DNA of 64,000 nucleotides from an uncultured archaeon (GTDB taxonomy: Archaea > Altiarchaeota > Altiarchaeia > JAFGQM01): NCBI GenBank assembly GCA_964619365.1, contig CAZUDQ010000007.1, forward strand, positions 1-64,000, read 5' to 3'. The translations under genes and the position numbers were made by a program. The notes beneath the pieces are model-generated. The model was not told where the DNA came from. It made no database searches and saw nothing but the letters and a program-made list of their open reading frames with translations. Shown here piece after piece: positions 18,267 through 28,512 of the stretch. The stretch's first letter is position 1, and each line of letters begins with the position of its first letter.

Positions 18267-19193
18267 ATGATTGAATTTTTAGTCTTCTTGCCGGCGCTCT
18301 TTTTGCTATGGCTTGCAAACCTTTCCTTAAAGGACGAGCTTGCAAAAAAATTAACAAAGGTAACTAATGGTATTTTAGTCATACTCTGGTTCTTGGTTGG
18401 AATCCTTGCAATAAATTCCGGTCACGCACAATATGGTGTTGTTATAATAACAAGCTGTGTTCTTGCAAGCGTATTTTTTGTAAAATTCTTCAGGCAGGCG
18501 ATATCCCGTTTGATTCCGATTAATCCTGACAACTGGCTGCATGCAACAGTGATAATCATCAGCATGCTTCTTTTCGGGGCGGGTTTTGGAGTCATGGCAA
18601 CAAGCAGTCAGGCCGAGATAATAGACTCTGCAAGCAGTTCCGGGAATGCCGCACTTGGCGTTACTATCCAGGACTTAATCCTGATAATCGCCTCTTTTAT
18701 CGGCGTTGGCTGGCTTTCAAGAAAGAGTTTTAAGGCAGCAACACTCCGCCTGGGTTTAAAGCGTCCCACAGTTAAGGAAATCGGAATCTCAATAGCTTTT
18801 GTTGGCGTGCTCTTTATGGTATTAGTTTCAAGCAGTGTTGTTTCGCGTATGTTTGTCGGGGATGACATGGGCATTCTTGAGGTAGAAGAGGATCCGACAG
18901 CGGCCATGCTTGGGGGGATAAGTATTGTTACTGCCATATTTTTCGCGCTTCTTGCAGGCATCTCTGAAGAGCTCCTTTTTCGTGGTGCGATGCAACCAAG
19001 GCTTGGAATAATATTCACTTCAATCGTATTTGTCGCACTTCACATACAGTATCCAAATCTCTTCCTTTTGGCCATACTCTTTATCATGAGTTGCGTATAT
19101 GGGATAGAAAGAAAGGTCGCAGGGACGATTCCTTGTATCATAACCCATGTCACCTACGACATGATACTTCTCCTTATGGTAGCTACCGCCTAA
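18267..19193 (+). CDS. CPBP (CAAX/Abi) family intramembrane metalloprotease
   Basis: EELLFRG, FVALH, HVTYD motifs; multi-TM. Confidence 0.92.
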   Translation: MIEFLVFLPALFLLWLANLSLKDELAKKLTKVTNGILVILWFLVGILAINSGHAQYGVVIITSCVLASVFFVKFFRQAISRLIPINPDNWLHATVIIISMLLFGAGFGVMATSSQAEIIDSASSSGNAALGVTIQDLILIIASFIGVGWLSRKSFKAATLRLGLKRPTVKEIGISIAFVGVLFMVLVSSSVVSRMFVGDDMGILEVEEDPTAAMLGGISIVTAIFFALLAGISEELLFRGAMQPRLGIIFTSIVFVALHIQYPNLFLLAILFIMSCVYGIERKVAGTIPCIITHVTYDMILLLMVATA

Positions 19194-19194
19194 T

Positions 19195-19857
19195 ATGAAA
19201 GCCGTGATATTTGATCTTGACGGGACGATAATCGATTCAACGCCCATATACCTTGGGGCCTATGTGGAGATTATGGAGCGCGAGCTTGGCTTGCGGCCCC
19301 AAAGGGAAAAAATAGCAAAGCAGTTCGGGAAATCCTCAAGGGATATAATGAAAAACGTCCTTTTGGACCTTGGTCTTGAACCTAGTGAAGAAGAGATGAA
19401 TGATATTATCTCAAAAATAGGTGAGCGTTACCGGAAGGATATAAAAAAGGTCATAATACTTCCTGGGGCAATAGAACTCATTGACAAACTAAGGCGCCTA
19501 GATATAAAAGTCGGGCTTACAACCTCATCTAGACCTTACAAATACGGAAATCTGCTTTCTGATCTTGGAATAGAGGGACTTTTTGATGCTATAGTCACGG
19601 GAGAAGATGTCGCCCGGGCAAAACCCGACCCTGAAGGGTTTTTAATGTGCGCAAAGCTTCTTGGTGAACCGATTAAGGAAACTTGGGTGATTGAAGACTC
19701 CATATATGGAATTCAGGCGGCAAAGGCCGCCGGGATGAGAGTCCTTGCAGTCTGCACAGGACCCTTTGAAAGAAAAGAACTGAACTTAGAAAACCCGGAT
19801 GTTATATCAGATAATCTTGACTGTTTTGACTATGAAACCCTAAGGAGAGTAATTTAA
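19195..19857 (+). CDS. HAD-superfamily phosphatase (beta-PGM/Gph-like)
   Basis: FDLDGTIIDS, KPDPEGF, IEDSIYG motifs. Confidence 0.93.
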   Translation: MKAVIFDLDGTIIDSTPIYLGAYVEIMERELGLRPQREKIAKQFGKSSRDIMKNVLLDLGLEPSEEEMNDIISKIGERYRKDIKKVIILPGAIELIDKLRRLDIKVGLTTSSRPYKYGNLLSDLGIEGLFDAIVTGEDVARAKPDPEGFLMCAKLLGEPIKETWVIEDSIYGIQAAKAAGMRVLAVCTGPFERKELNLENPDVISDNLDCFDYETLRRVI

Positions 19858-19900
19858 ATAGTATTGACTTATAATTTCCCGTCTTATTTTTACAAAGAAT

Positions 19901-20470
19901 ATGAAAATGTCAGAAGAGAATCCTGCAAAAACCGCTGTTGTCGATTCTCCAAAGCGAGGTTTTGTGGCAAATAACCTGCCTATTGTGATAGGCTCCATCA
20001 TAATTATCGGTTTGTTCCTTGCACTACTCCTGACTCCAAGTCCAAGAGATCTGCGAGACGAGAGAAAGGAAGTTCTTGCTATGGCTCAAATACCTGATGA
20101 TGCCGTGATTTTTGTGACAAAAGAGCCAGAAACCTTAAAGATGAGCCTTTCTACAGACAAAGATGCATATGGCGAGGGGGATAATGTCATGCTTACAATA
20201 AATGTGAGTGCTCCGGAAGCTATTAACAACGCTACAATAAAGTTCTTTGGCATAAAAAACAAGATAGGGGGATGGACAGTAAAGAGAACAGAAATCATGA
20301 CCCTTGCACAAGGTCCAAACTCCATTGAGACAAAAACCAATATGCCTTACTGCTCGAAATGTTCGGGAGTGACCCCCGGGAACCACAGTATATGGGCGGC
20401 AGTCTTTACAGAAGGCGGTGAGACTCAACTCATAAACACATCAGCCATAGTCGAGCTACTTGACGACTAG
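19901..20470 (+). CDS. Membrane-anchored protein with Ig-like extracellular domain
   Basis: Single TM; LSTDKDAY..GD.V.LTI Ig-like start; CSKC. Confidence 0.6.
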   Translation: MKMSEENPAKTAVVDSPKRGFVANNLPIVIGSIIIIGLFLALLLTPSPRDLRDERKEVLAMAQIPDDAVIFVTKEPETLKMSLSTDKDAYGEGDNVMLTINVSAPEAINNATIKFFGIKNKIGGWTVKRTEIMTLAQGPNSIETKTNMPYCSKCSGVTPGNHSIWAAVFTEGGETQLINTSAIVELLDD

Positions 20471-20489
20471 CTTTGTTTTCTTAAGTTTA

Positions 20490-21017
20490 ATGGACAAGAT
20501 AAAGAAGAGTCGCGCAAGAATCTTTATGATTCGTACGGCAGCCTCGGATGTAAAAACAAGAATAGAAGACAAACTTAAGAATTCTGATAAGATAGAGCTT
20601 GCTACGATTCCTGCAAACAAATATACTGAGGACTTTATTGGGCTTTATAAAGAACTTTCAGAAATCGGCAATACTGTCTGTAAAACACTTTGCATCAAAA
20701 ACGAATACTTTGATAAAGACGCTTCATACTATATACGAATTCTTGAGGACAATAGGCACGAACTTTATTTCGCATCAGTCAATGTTGATTCAAAATACAA
20801 TAAGAACAAATTCATACTTGAAAACATCCTCTCATGGCTTAATCGCCTTACAGACATCGCAGACAAGCTTTTAGAACTTCTTGACATAAGGACAGAAAAA
20901 AAGGAACTTACCGTCCTTTTTTCAAAGATAGACTCTTATTCTAATCTATCAGAAGAAGAAAAAGAAGAATTAAAAGGCGAATTCATATTGACCTTAAACA
21001 GGCTGAACAAGCACTAA
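20490..21017 (+). CDS. Hypothetical helical protein
   Basis: Clean ORF filling the gap, convergent with aroA; no recognisable motif. Confidence 0.6.
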   Translation: MDKIKKSRARIFMIRTAASDVKTRIEDKLKNSDKIELATIPANKYTEDFIGLYKELSEIGNTVCKTLCIKNEYFDKDASYYIRILEDNRHELYFASVNVDSKYNKNKFILENILSWLNRLTDIADKLLELLDIRTEKKELTVLFSKIDSYSNLSEEEKEELKGEFILTLNRLNKH

Positions 21018-22309
21018 GCCTCATTAAGCGAAAGGTCTGCCCCTATTCCACGCATAACCGAGATAAACTCCGGGAATGATACTGCAACAGATTCCCCGTT
21101 ATCTATTAGCGTTTTTCCTTTAGCACGCAATCCTGCCACTGCAAACGCCATTACTATCCTATGGTCTGAAAAGCTCTCGATTTTGGCAGACTCCAGATTA
21201 CGCCCTAGATTCCCAAGACCTTCTATTACCATGCCATCGCGTCGCTCTTGTATTTTCACGCCCATCTTTTGCAGGCCTTTTGTCATAGCGTTTATCCTGT
21301 CGCATTCCTTTATGCGTGCATGTTCTACATTAAATATCCTGCTTTTGCCCTCTGCAAGGGCGCACATGACAGCTGTTATCGGGAGCAAATCCGGCGTCTG
21401 AGAAAGATCGACTTCAATTCCCCTTAAGCGCTTTCCCCCAAATACTGTTGCAGTATCTGCGGTTCTTTCGATTTTAGCCCCCATCATCTCAAGGATTTCA
21501 AGGAAGTACCTGTCCCCTTGACGGGAATCGTCAAGAAGATTTCTTACAGTTACTTTTGAATCGGTAAGGGCAGCTGCGCCAAGAACAAATGCCGCACCCG
21601 AATAATCCCCTTCGACAAGGTACTCGTCAGCAGACAGGATTTGACGTCCAGGTATTGTAAATGTCTTATAATCCTCGTTTTTTAGCTCTATGCCAAACAC
21701 ACGTAATGCTTCAAGAGTTAAGTCGAGATATGGGCGCGATTTGAGTTCTGTTGTTATTTCGATTGTAGTTGTGTCAACATCCCTTAGGGGTGCTGCCATA
21801 AGAAGGCCTGAAATATATTGTGAACTAAGGTCTCCCCTTATCTTTATAATGTCGCCAGTAATTGGACCTTTGACGCTTATTGGTGGGCAAGCATCTTTTG
21901 AGCTTGTTGTTACTCCTACGCCCTCAAGGGCATCAAGAAGGGGGCCCATAGGTCTTTTTCTTATGGATTCATCCCCATCAAGAACGACCTTTTTGCTGCA
22001 TAGTGAAAATATTGAGGTAAGAATCCTCATTGTCGTGCCGCTATTTCCAACATCTACAAAGTCTGGCGCAGTTATATCACCGCCATTGCCGGTTATATCA
22101 AGGTAATCTTCAACTTTGCTTATCTTTGCTCCAGCAAGGCGCATTGCCCCAATCGTTGATATAGGGTCAGCAGACATCAAAGGGTCTTTTACCTTGCATT
22201 CTCCATTAGAAAGCCCGGCAAGCATTATTGCCCTGTGTGTACAGCTTTTTGACGGCGGCGCTTTTACTGTGCCGTTTAATGAGTCTGTAGCTGATATCTC
22301 AAGATCCAT
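21014..22309 (-). CDS. aroA: 3-phosphoshikimate 1-carboxyvinyltransferase (EPSP synthase)
   Basis: PPSKSCTHR, GNSGTTMR, SSQYISGLL, RIKECDRI, SDHRIVMA. Confidence 0.97.
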   Translation of the reverse strand: MDLEISATDSLNGTVKAPPSKSCTHRAIMLAGLSNGECKVKDPLMSADPISTIGAMRLAGAKISKVEDYLDITGNGGDITAPDFVDVGNSGTTMRILTSIFSLCSKKVVLDGDESIRKRPMGPLLDALEGVGVTTSSKDACPPISVKGPITGDIIKIRGDLSSQYISGLLMAAPLRDVDTTTIEITTELKSRPYLDLTLEALRVFGIELKNEDYKTFTIPGRQILSADEYLVEGDYSGAAFVLGAAALTDSKVTVRNLLDDSRQGDRYFLEILEMMGAKIERTADTATVFGGKRLRGIEVDLSQTPDLLPITAVMCALAEGKSRIFNVEHARIKECDRINAMTKGLQKMGVKIQERRDGMVIEGLGNLGRNLESAKIESFSDHRIVMAFAVAGLRAKGKTLIDNGESVAVSFPEFISVMRGIGADLSLNEA

Positions 22310-22451
22310 TTTAATAAATATTTTAGCCCCAGTTAATTTGAAAAAACATAGAAAAAAGTAAATTATCATAAATCTTAATGCATGTAAGCTTTTTTATTCT
22401 TTACCCACTTAAAATAACAAGCTTATATAATAAATAAATAACACCAATAAA

Positions 22452-23243
22452 ATGGAAGCATACCCCGGTGACCCGTACGCATATTATGGCGGCGGCGGAA
22501 AAAAGTTCAGTAGTGCAGAAGGAATTCTCCCTCTGATACTCTTGATTGTAGTCGCGTTCTTCGTATTGCAGTTTTTGGGAATAATCCCCTGCGTTGTACC
22601 TGTCGGATGCGGCGGTGGAGCAGACGTAATGGTAGTAGGAGTCCCAAGCTCAGATGTAGTGAGAACTCTATCCTCTAAAGAGGCCTCGATGGCGGGGATA
22701 AGCTATCCCATTAACTTTGACCCGGATTTCATAACTCCGGAGATGCTTGCAAACTACGATGTTGTAGTTCTTCAAGGTGACCCTGCTTTTGACATGAACA
22801 CCCGTGAAGCAATAAACGAATATGTTACAAGCGGTGGAAAGCTAGTTGTTGTCGGTGACGCAGGCTCAAAGCACCCACAGTATCAGAATGTGGCAGGCTG
22901 GAGCTGGCCAGCTGGTGATGGAATCCCAGTACCTGTAAAGATTGTAGGTGAATGGGCAGGCTGGAGCGACTGGACTTATGGTGCAGATATGCTCTGGGCA
23001 GATCCAAACCACCCGATTGCACAAGGTCTAAAACAGGTTGGAGCGCACTTTGATACACCAACTCAGGTTCTTAAAGTCACATCAGACGGTAATGTCATTG
23101 CGGCAATTAAGACTAATGAGGGAACAGTTCCGGGTATAATCGAAGGCGGTGGCGGAATGGGTAAAGTTATGTACTTCGCATACGACCCAGGTACAACACC
23201 CGCAATCCTTCTTGGAACAATAAAGTACTTGTCGGGGATTTAA
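22452..23243 (+). CDS. Membrane-anchored class-I glutamine-amidotransferase-like fold protein (paralog A)
   Basis: TM helix, then LANYDVVVLQGDP...INEYVTSGGKLVV...GKVMYFAYDPG. Confidence 0.7.
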   Translation: MEAYPGDPYAYYGGGGKKFSSAEGILPLILLIVVAFFVLQFLGIIPCVVPVGCGGGADVMVVGVPSSDVVRTLSSKEASMAGISYPINFDPDFITPEMLANYDVVVLQGDPAFDMNTREAINEYVTSGGKLVVVGDAGSKHPQYQNVAGWSWPAGDGIPVPVKIVGEWAGWSDWTYGADMLWADPNHPIAQGLKQVGAHFDTPTQVLKVTSDGNVIAAIKTNEGTVPGIIEGGGGMGKVMYFAYDPGTTPAILLGTIKYLSGI

Positions 23244-23333
23244 TAATCCCTGCATCTTTTTTTATTTTTTTCTTTTAATCTTTTTCTATTGTTTTTATGC
23301 TCTCTAGCGATAGCTAATAAAGAGAAAAAGAGG

Positions 23334-24194
23334 ATGGAAATACCAATAATCGCCGCGATTGTAATGTCGATAGCAAGCCTTGTTGTCTTTGGTATTGGCG
23401 AACAGAATTTCATCCTTCCTGAAAATAATGTCATTTCTGAAATAAATCTCGTTATCCCAGAGCCTGAACTCGAACTTGCTAAGGGGGTCTCAGTAACAAT
23501 CAGCACAAGCGGAGATGACAGCACGAGTCTTGACTTAAGCGGAGGCAACGGAAGCACGGGGCCTATTGATATTATTGTAGTGGGGGTTCCCACGGTTTCA
23601 GTTGCAGATGCCCTGTCAAACAATGCTACAAAGGAGCGTGGCATACATTATCATGGTTACTTGGCACCAGCCACAATAACAGCAAGCCTTCTTGATGATT
23701 ATGATGTCGTGCTTTTGCAAGGCGACCCGTATTTTGACATGAACGCAAGAACGGCAATCGGCTCTTTTGTAGAAAATGGCGGAAGCCTGATTGTAACAGA
23801 GGATACTGGCTCAAAGCATAAGGAATATAAGAATGTTGCAGGATGGAGCTGGCCTGTCGGAGAAGGAATCCCTGTTCCTGCAATGATTGTCGGAGAATGG
23901 GAAGGCATCTCTGAGATTGCAAACGCATCAGAAATAATGATAAGGGATTATAACCACCCCATTGCAAAAGGAATAAAAATAAAGGGAATTGACCTTGGTG
24001 GAAACCGCGTGTTTAAGACGGTCCCGCAGGGCTCAGGAGAGGTCATTATGATTGTCAACACAACTGAAGGCTACGTCCCTGCAGTCATTGCAAGCGGAAT
24101 GAATGTTGGGGGCGCTGTAGCTTACTTTTCATACGACCCGGGCATCACACCAGGAATACTTCTTAACGCGGTCGAATGGACAAGAACTCCTTAA
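23334..24194 (+). CDS. Membrane-anchored class-I glutamine-amidotransferase-like fold protein (paralog B)
   Basis: Shares YDVVxLQGDP, GSKH, NVAGWSWP, GIPVP, IVGEW, HPIA and YDPG blocks with paralog A. Confidence 0.7.
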   Translation: MEIPIIAAIVMSIASLVVFGIGEQNFILPENNVISEINLVIPEPELELAKGVSVTISTSGDDSTSLDLSGGNGSTGPIDIIVVGVPTVSVADALSNNATKERGIHYHGYLAPATITASLLDDYDVVLLQGDPYFDMNARTAIGSFVENGGSLIVTEDTGSKHKEYKNVAGWSWPVGEGIPVPAMIVGEWEGISEIANASEIMIRDYNHPIAKGIKIKGIDLGGNRVFKTVPQGSGEVIMIVNTTEGYVPAVIASGMNVGGAVAYFSYDPGITPGILLNAVEWTRTP

Positions 24195-24205
24195 TAACTT
24201 CTTAA

Positions 24206-25180
24206 ATGGAAAAGGAGCTTATTGTCGGTATTGACCCTGGAACAAGCGTTGGAATATCTGCAATAGATTTAAACGGCGAGCTTGTAGATGTTTACAGCGC
24301 GCGCAATATCGGAATAGATGAAACTGTCCTTAAAATAGCTTCTTGGGGCATGCCCGTTGTTCTTGCAACAGACAAAAAGGAAATCCCTGCCTATGTGTCT
24401 AAACTGGGTTCGATTCTTGGCGTGCAAGTATTTAGTCCGGCCGAAGACCTCTTAGTCGAAAAAAAGCGTGAGCTTGCAGGAAACCTGACTACAAACGACC
24501 ACGAACGGGACTCTCTTGCGGCGGCAATCTATGCATTCAATAACTTTCAGAACAAGATGCGAAGGGTGGAAAAGCAAATAGAATGTGAGCTTGAAAAAAC
24601 AAAGGCGCGCGTCTTAAATGGAGAGGAAGTATCAGATATTTTTGAAAGGACTGAAGATTCTGCTTCAAAAGACAGGACATGCGAACTGGAGGCGCAGATA
24701 AAATCACTCCAAAAGAAAATAAGGGAGCTTGAGGCTGAGAACCTGCGTCTTCAAAGAAAAAACAAGGGGCCTGATGTAAAAAGGATTCTAAGGGAAGCTG
24801 GGCGTGAGGCTAGAGAACTGATGCGTCTTGTTGCAAAAGGGAAACTTGCGATAGTAAAGGAAGTACCAAGCCTTGAATATTTTGAAATCAAAAACGCAAT
24901 AGAGCCCAAAACAGGGGACTTTGTCTTTGCAAGAAGTAAGAAATGGGATGGAAATGGTCTAAGGTTCCTCGAGTCCCGCAGGGTCGGGGCAATAATATCC
25001 CAGGAGAAAATAGATTCTTTAATGCCAAACTGCGTTGCAGATGATATTAACATAATACGCTGGGAAGGTCTCTTTTTTGTTTACCCAGATGACATCAAAA
25101 AGGCGTGTGGCAGAAAAAAAGAGGTAAATGCGCGAGATCTCCACGACCTGCTTGTTGACTACAAGAAGGGAAGACGATAG
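24206..25180 (+). CDS. DUF460-family RNase H-fold protein with coiled coil
   Basis: IVGIDPGTSVG, VLATD, NDHERDSLAAA. Confidence 0.85.
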   Translation: MEKELIVGIDPGTSVGISAIDLNGELVDVYSARNIGIDETVLKIASWGMPVVLATDKKEIPAYVSKLGSILGVQVFSPAEDLLVEKKRELAGNLTTNDHERDSLAAAIYAFNNFQNKMRRVEKQIECELEKTKARVLNGEEVSDIFERTEDSASKDRTCELEAQIKSLQKKIRELEAENLRLQRKNKGPDVKRILREAGREARELMRLVAKGKLAIVKEVPSLEYFEIKNAIEPKTGDFVFARSKKWDGNGLRFLESRRVGAIISQEKIDSLMPNCVADDINIIRWEGLFFVYPDDIKKACGRKKEVNARDLHDLLVDYKKGRR

Positions 25181-25211
25181 CAGTTCTATTGTTAAACTTT
25201 AAGATAAATTC

Positions 25212-25982
25212 TTACAACTCATTAGGCTTAACATATCCCCTGTATATCCTGCCCCCTGGGTGGACCGTTACAACACCTGGTGCCTTTTTTTTGTTTTTAG
25301 CAGTACTGCCACGCAAATGCAGATTGTCAATTATCCCGTCTTCTTTTAGTTTCTTTCCCACTTCACCAATAGACTCATATGCTTTTTTGGATTCTGGCAG
25401 CACGAATCCGAACCTGTGAGGCAATGGGTCACCTTTTATCCCCGTCATCTCTATCTTTGCACTTTTGGGGGAAAGCTCCCTTGCGGCACTTGCCATTTGC
25501 AAGATTACTTCATTATGTGGAATATCATGGACCTTGATGGGTTCACCTTTTTTTAGTTTTTCTTTTATTGTCCTTAGCTTTTCTGCCCGCTCTTCTTTTG
25601 GCATCTTTTCCCAGTCTTTAGCGCTCTTTGAAAAAGTATGTACTGCCTGCCTTATTGTCTTACTGCCATTGCCACCTGTTATGAATCTTTTATAAGCTCC
25701 ATTATCAATTTTGCCATTAGAGTCAAATAACATAACTTTTATGGGATATACGTGATACAAGAATACTGGCTTGTCCTTTCTCCTGCTTTTCGCCTGCACA
25801 ACTACTGATGAACATATCGGCATCTTAGTTGTTGCTAAGGGACGCTTATTAGCTTTCCCGACCATCTCCTCACTTATCCATCCCGGTTTAGAGAATAACG
25901 CTCTTTTTGTCTTTGCTTCAGAGCCCAGGCGAATTTTTGGCTTGAGTTTTCTGCTGACTTTCTTTTTGGGAATCGGAGACAT
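25212..25982 (-). CDS. Highly basic orphan protein
   Basis: 256-aa ORF, K/R-rich, starts MSPIPKKKVSRKLKPK. Confidence 0.65.
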   Translation of the reverse strand: MSPIPKKKVSRKLKPKIRLGSEAKTKRALFSKPGWISEEMVGKANKRPLATTKMPICSSVVVQAKSRRKDKPVFLYHVYPIKVMLFDSNGKIDNGAYKRFITGGNGSKTIRQAVHTFSKSAKDWEKMPKEERAEKLRTIKEKLKKGEPIKVHDIPHNEVILQMASAARELSPKSAKIEMTGIKGDPLPHRFGFVLPESKKAYESIGEVGKKLKEDGIIDNLHLRGSTAKNKKKAPGVVTVHPGGRIYRGYVKPNEL

Positions 25983-26057
25983 CTTTTACTAATTTACCTG
26001 ACTTACAGACTAAAACCATTAGGACTAATTTTTTAGTGTCCAAAGCAAATTATTAAT

Positions 26058-28007
26058 GTGAATAAAAAAATCATTGTTCTGGTTTTTGCAATACTCTTGT
26101 TATGTCCCTTTGCACTTGGCAAAAGTTATTCCCTCAAAAGCGCTGATGTAAATTATGATATTCTTCCTGATGGGCGCGTCCTTGTCAAGCAGACAATAGC
26201 CTACGATTTTAACGGTGATTTCTCTTTTGCTTATCTTGATATTCCAAAAGGCTCCTGGCAGATAAAAGATGTTGTGGCTTATGATGTTTCTGGGCCAAGG
26301 AAAAAACTTGTAGTTGATACAAAAGGCGAAGGTGGATATGACAGGATAACCTGGTATTATTCTGCAAACAGCGAACCTAAGGACTTTGAGATAAGTTACA
26401 CCCTAACTGGCGCAGTTACAAAATATGATGATGTGGCCGATTTCTACTGGAAGGTTTGGGGTGATGAGTGGGACCATTCCATTGGCGATCTCCTTGTCTC
26501 TGTTAATCTCCCTGGGAAAGTCAATCCAGATGAGCTTTACGCCTGGCGCCATGTTGAAGGTGAACGCTACGCTGATGCGAAATGGGGTCTCTTAGATGAT
26601 AACAAGACTTATCTTTTTGAGGTCTTGGGCGTGCAAAGTAATACCTATGTTGAACTCCGACTTGCCATCCCAAGCGACATGATAACTGGAGCTTACGCAA
26701 TCCAAAAATCGGGAAGCGGACTTAATGCAATAGAAGCACAGGAGGATAGCTTTGAGAAAATTGACGAATTAAACGCAGAAATATTCTCTGTTATGCTTTT
26801 TCTTTTACCGGGAGCCTTCATTCTCCTTTTTGTGGGTATCGCAGTTACTCTTTTAGGCAAGGATGACTCGGCAATTATTGTTAGAATAGCTGTTATCGTC
26901 TTAATATCTTCCTTTGTCGTCTTTATTTCAACACTTTTCAAACCAGATTATGTCTTAACTGCGATTTTTGTCGCAATTGAAATAGCTCTTTTTGTAATCT
27001 GCAACAGGCGTTTTGTGTCACACTGGAAAACCGAGAACAAAGATATATTTGAGCGTGAGATTCCGGGTGACTATGGTCCTGCCACGTTAGGTGTCCTTCT
27101 CTCCGGATGGGGACGCGCGCCAAACGTCAAATGCATGGCAGCTGACGTTCTTGACATCTGCACGCGCGGCAAGATGAAGATTGAAAAGACGGGTGAGGGC
27201 AAAAAAGATTATAGCTTAAATATAATTAATGAAAGCGGAGCAGGTCTAACGCCCAGTGAGAAGGTTCTTTTCAGGGAAATAAACCACGCGGCAAGATTTG
27301 GTTGGGAAAAGAATGGCTTTTTTAGCATGACAAAAAAGGTCGCAAGTTCCGACTCAAAAAGCCTCACCTTAAAAGAATGGGAGAAATGGCTGAAAAACGA
27401 CCAAAGTAATGCCCAGTCATTCTTTAACGATTGGAAAGAAGGTGCAAGCAAATATGCTAAGTCCTTAGAACTTATCCCAAAAGGTTTTAACAAGGCAATA
27501 GCTCTTTTTATCGGTATAAGTATCGGACTTCTTTTCCTTGGAATATTTGTTTCCCCTTCATCGGTCTTTGCTATGGCCGGTACTGCAATAGCCCTGATTT
27601 TACTATTCCCTAACGCGCTTGTGACAGAAACTAAAAAGGGTGCAGAAGACAGGACTCGCTGGATGCGCCTAAGAAAGTTCCTAAAGGAGGCAAGTAACAT
27701 AAAGAATATGAACGCAGACGCCGTAGTTTTATGGGAAAAATACCTCGTTTACTCAATCCCTCTTGGCGTTGCAGACAAGGTTGAGCGCACGATGGGCACA
27801 GCATTTAAAGAGTATGGAAAGAACCAAGCTTATCCTGGCGTGATATTTGCCGGAAGCGCGGCAAGCTTTGCCTCATCTTCATCATTTTCAAGCGCAATTT
27901 CAGGTTTCTCGACTTCTTTTGCTTCAAGCACAGCTACTGCTGGCGGAGCTGGCATCTCTGGTGGCGGTGGTGGGGGTGGAGGAGGCGGTGGCGGTGGCGC
28001 AGGGTAA
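26058..28007 (+). CDS. DUF2207-family membrane protein
   Basis: Signal peptide, YWKVWGDEW, WEKYLVYSIPLGVA, Ser/Gly-rich C-terminus. Confidence 0.9.
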   Translation: MNKKIIVLVFAILLLCPFALGKSYSLKSADVNYDILPDGRVLVKQTIAYDFNGDFSFAYLDIPKGSWQIKDVVAYDVSGPRKKLVVDTKGEGGYDRITWYYSANSEPKDFEISYTLTGAVTKYDDVADFYWKVWGDEWDHSIGDLLVSVNLPGKVNPDELYAWRHVEGERYADAKWGLLDDNKTYLFEVLGVQSNTYVELRLAIPSDMITGAYAIQKSGSGLNAIEAQEDSFEKIDELNAEIFSVMLFLLPGAFILLFVGIAVTLLGKDDSAIIVRIAVIVLISSFVVFISTLFKPDYVLTAIFVAIEIALFVICNRRFVSHWKTENKDIFEREIPGDYGPATLGVLLSGWGRAPNVKCMAADVLDICTRGKMKIEKTGEGKKDYSLNIINESGAGLTPSEKVLFREINHAARFGWEKNGFFSMTKKVASSDSKSLTLKEWEKWLKNDQSNAQSFFNDWKEGASKYAKSLELIPKGFNKAIALFIGISIGLLFLGIFVSPSSVFAMAGTAIALILLFPNALVTETKKGAEDRTRWMRLRKFLKEASNIKNMNADAVVLWEKYLVYSIPLGVADKVERTMGTAFKEYGKNQAYPGVIFAGSAASFASSSSFSSAISGFSTSFASSTATAGGAGISGGGGGGGGGGGGGAG

Positions 28008-28040
28008 AGGTTTTAAGCTTTTATCGTGTAAGAATAACTG

Positions 28041-28511
28041 ATGCCAAAGCCTAGAATAACGGTTATGATGAAAAGAGCTGGAGATAAGCACTATCTTGGA
28101 AGTAAAGATATCTCTGGTGAGACCCGCATAGGTAGGAAGATGCATCCAGAAGGTATACACTTGCCGTTTTCACCAATAGCAGTAACTGGGAAGGAACGCG
28201 CCCTTCAAAGAATAAGGAAACTTAAAACAGAGGGACTCCGCAATGAATTTGAGGGACTTACGCCCGAGGATTTAGCATTGTATGAGGGGATAAGTAGGCA
28301 CGCAGGGACCTTTGTTCCCACTGAAAACGGAATCAGATATCATCAAGTTTCAGAAAACCCGTCATCCCATGCAAGGCTCAATGGAAGCGAGGTCTTGCCG
28401 GGCAATCATGTGGATTTGGGGCATGGTGCAATACTCACATTCCATGGGATGAATGGTGAAGAGTTAGCTCACCTGCAGGTTCATATGCAAAAACCTATGG
28501 AAAATAAATAA
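28041..28511 (+). CDS. FHA-like domain protein
   Basis: IGRK, ISRHAG, RLNG...L.HG..L FHA-type motifs. Confidence 0.6.
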   Translation: MPKPRITVMMKRAGDKHYLGSKDISGETRIGRKMHPEGIHLPFSPIAVTGKERALQRIRKLKTEGLRNEFEGLTPEDLALYEGISRHAGTFVPTENGIRYHQVSENPSSHARLNGSEVLPGNHVDLGHGAILTFHGMNGEELAHLQVHMQKPMENK

Positions 28512-28512
28512 G

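Noticed and set aside
27940-28007. GGN-rich tract suggesting a G-quadruplex or repeat
   Set aside because: It encodes the usual poly-Gly tail of DUF2207 proteins.
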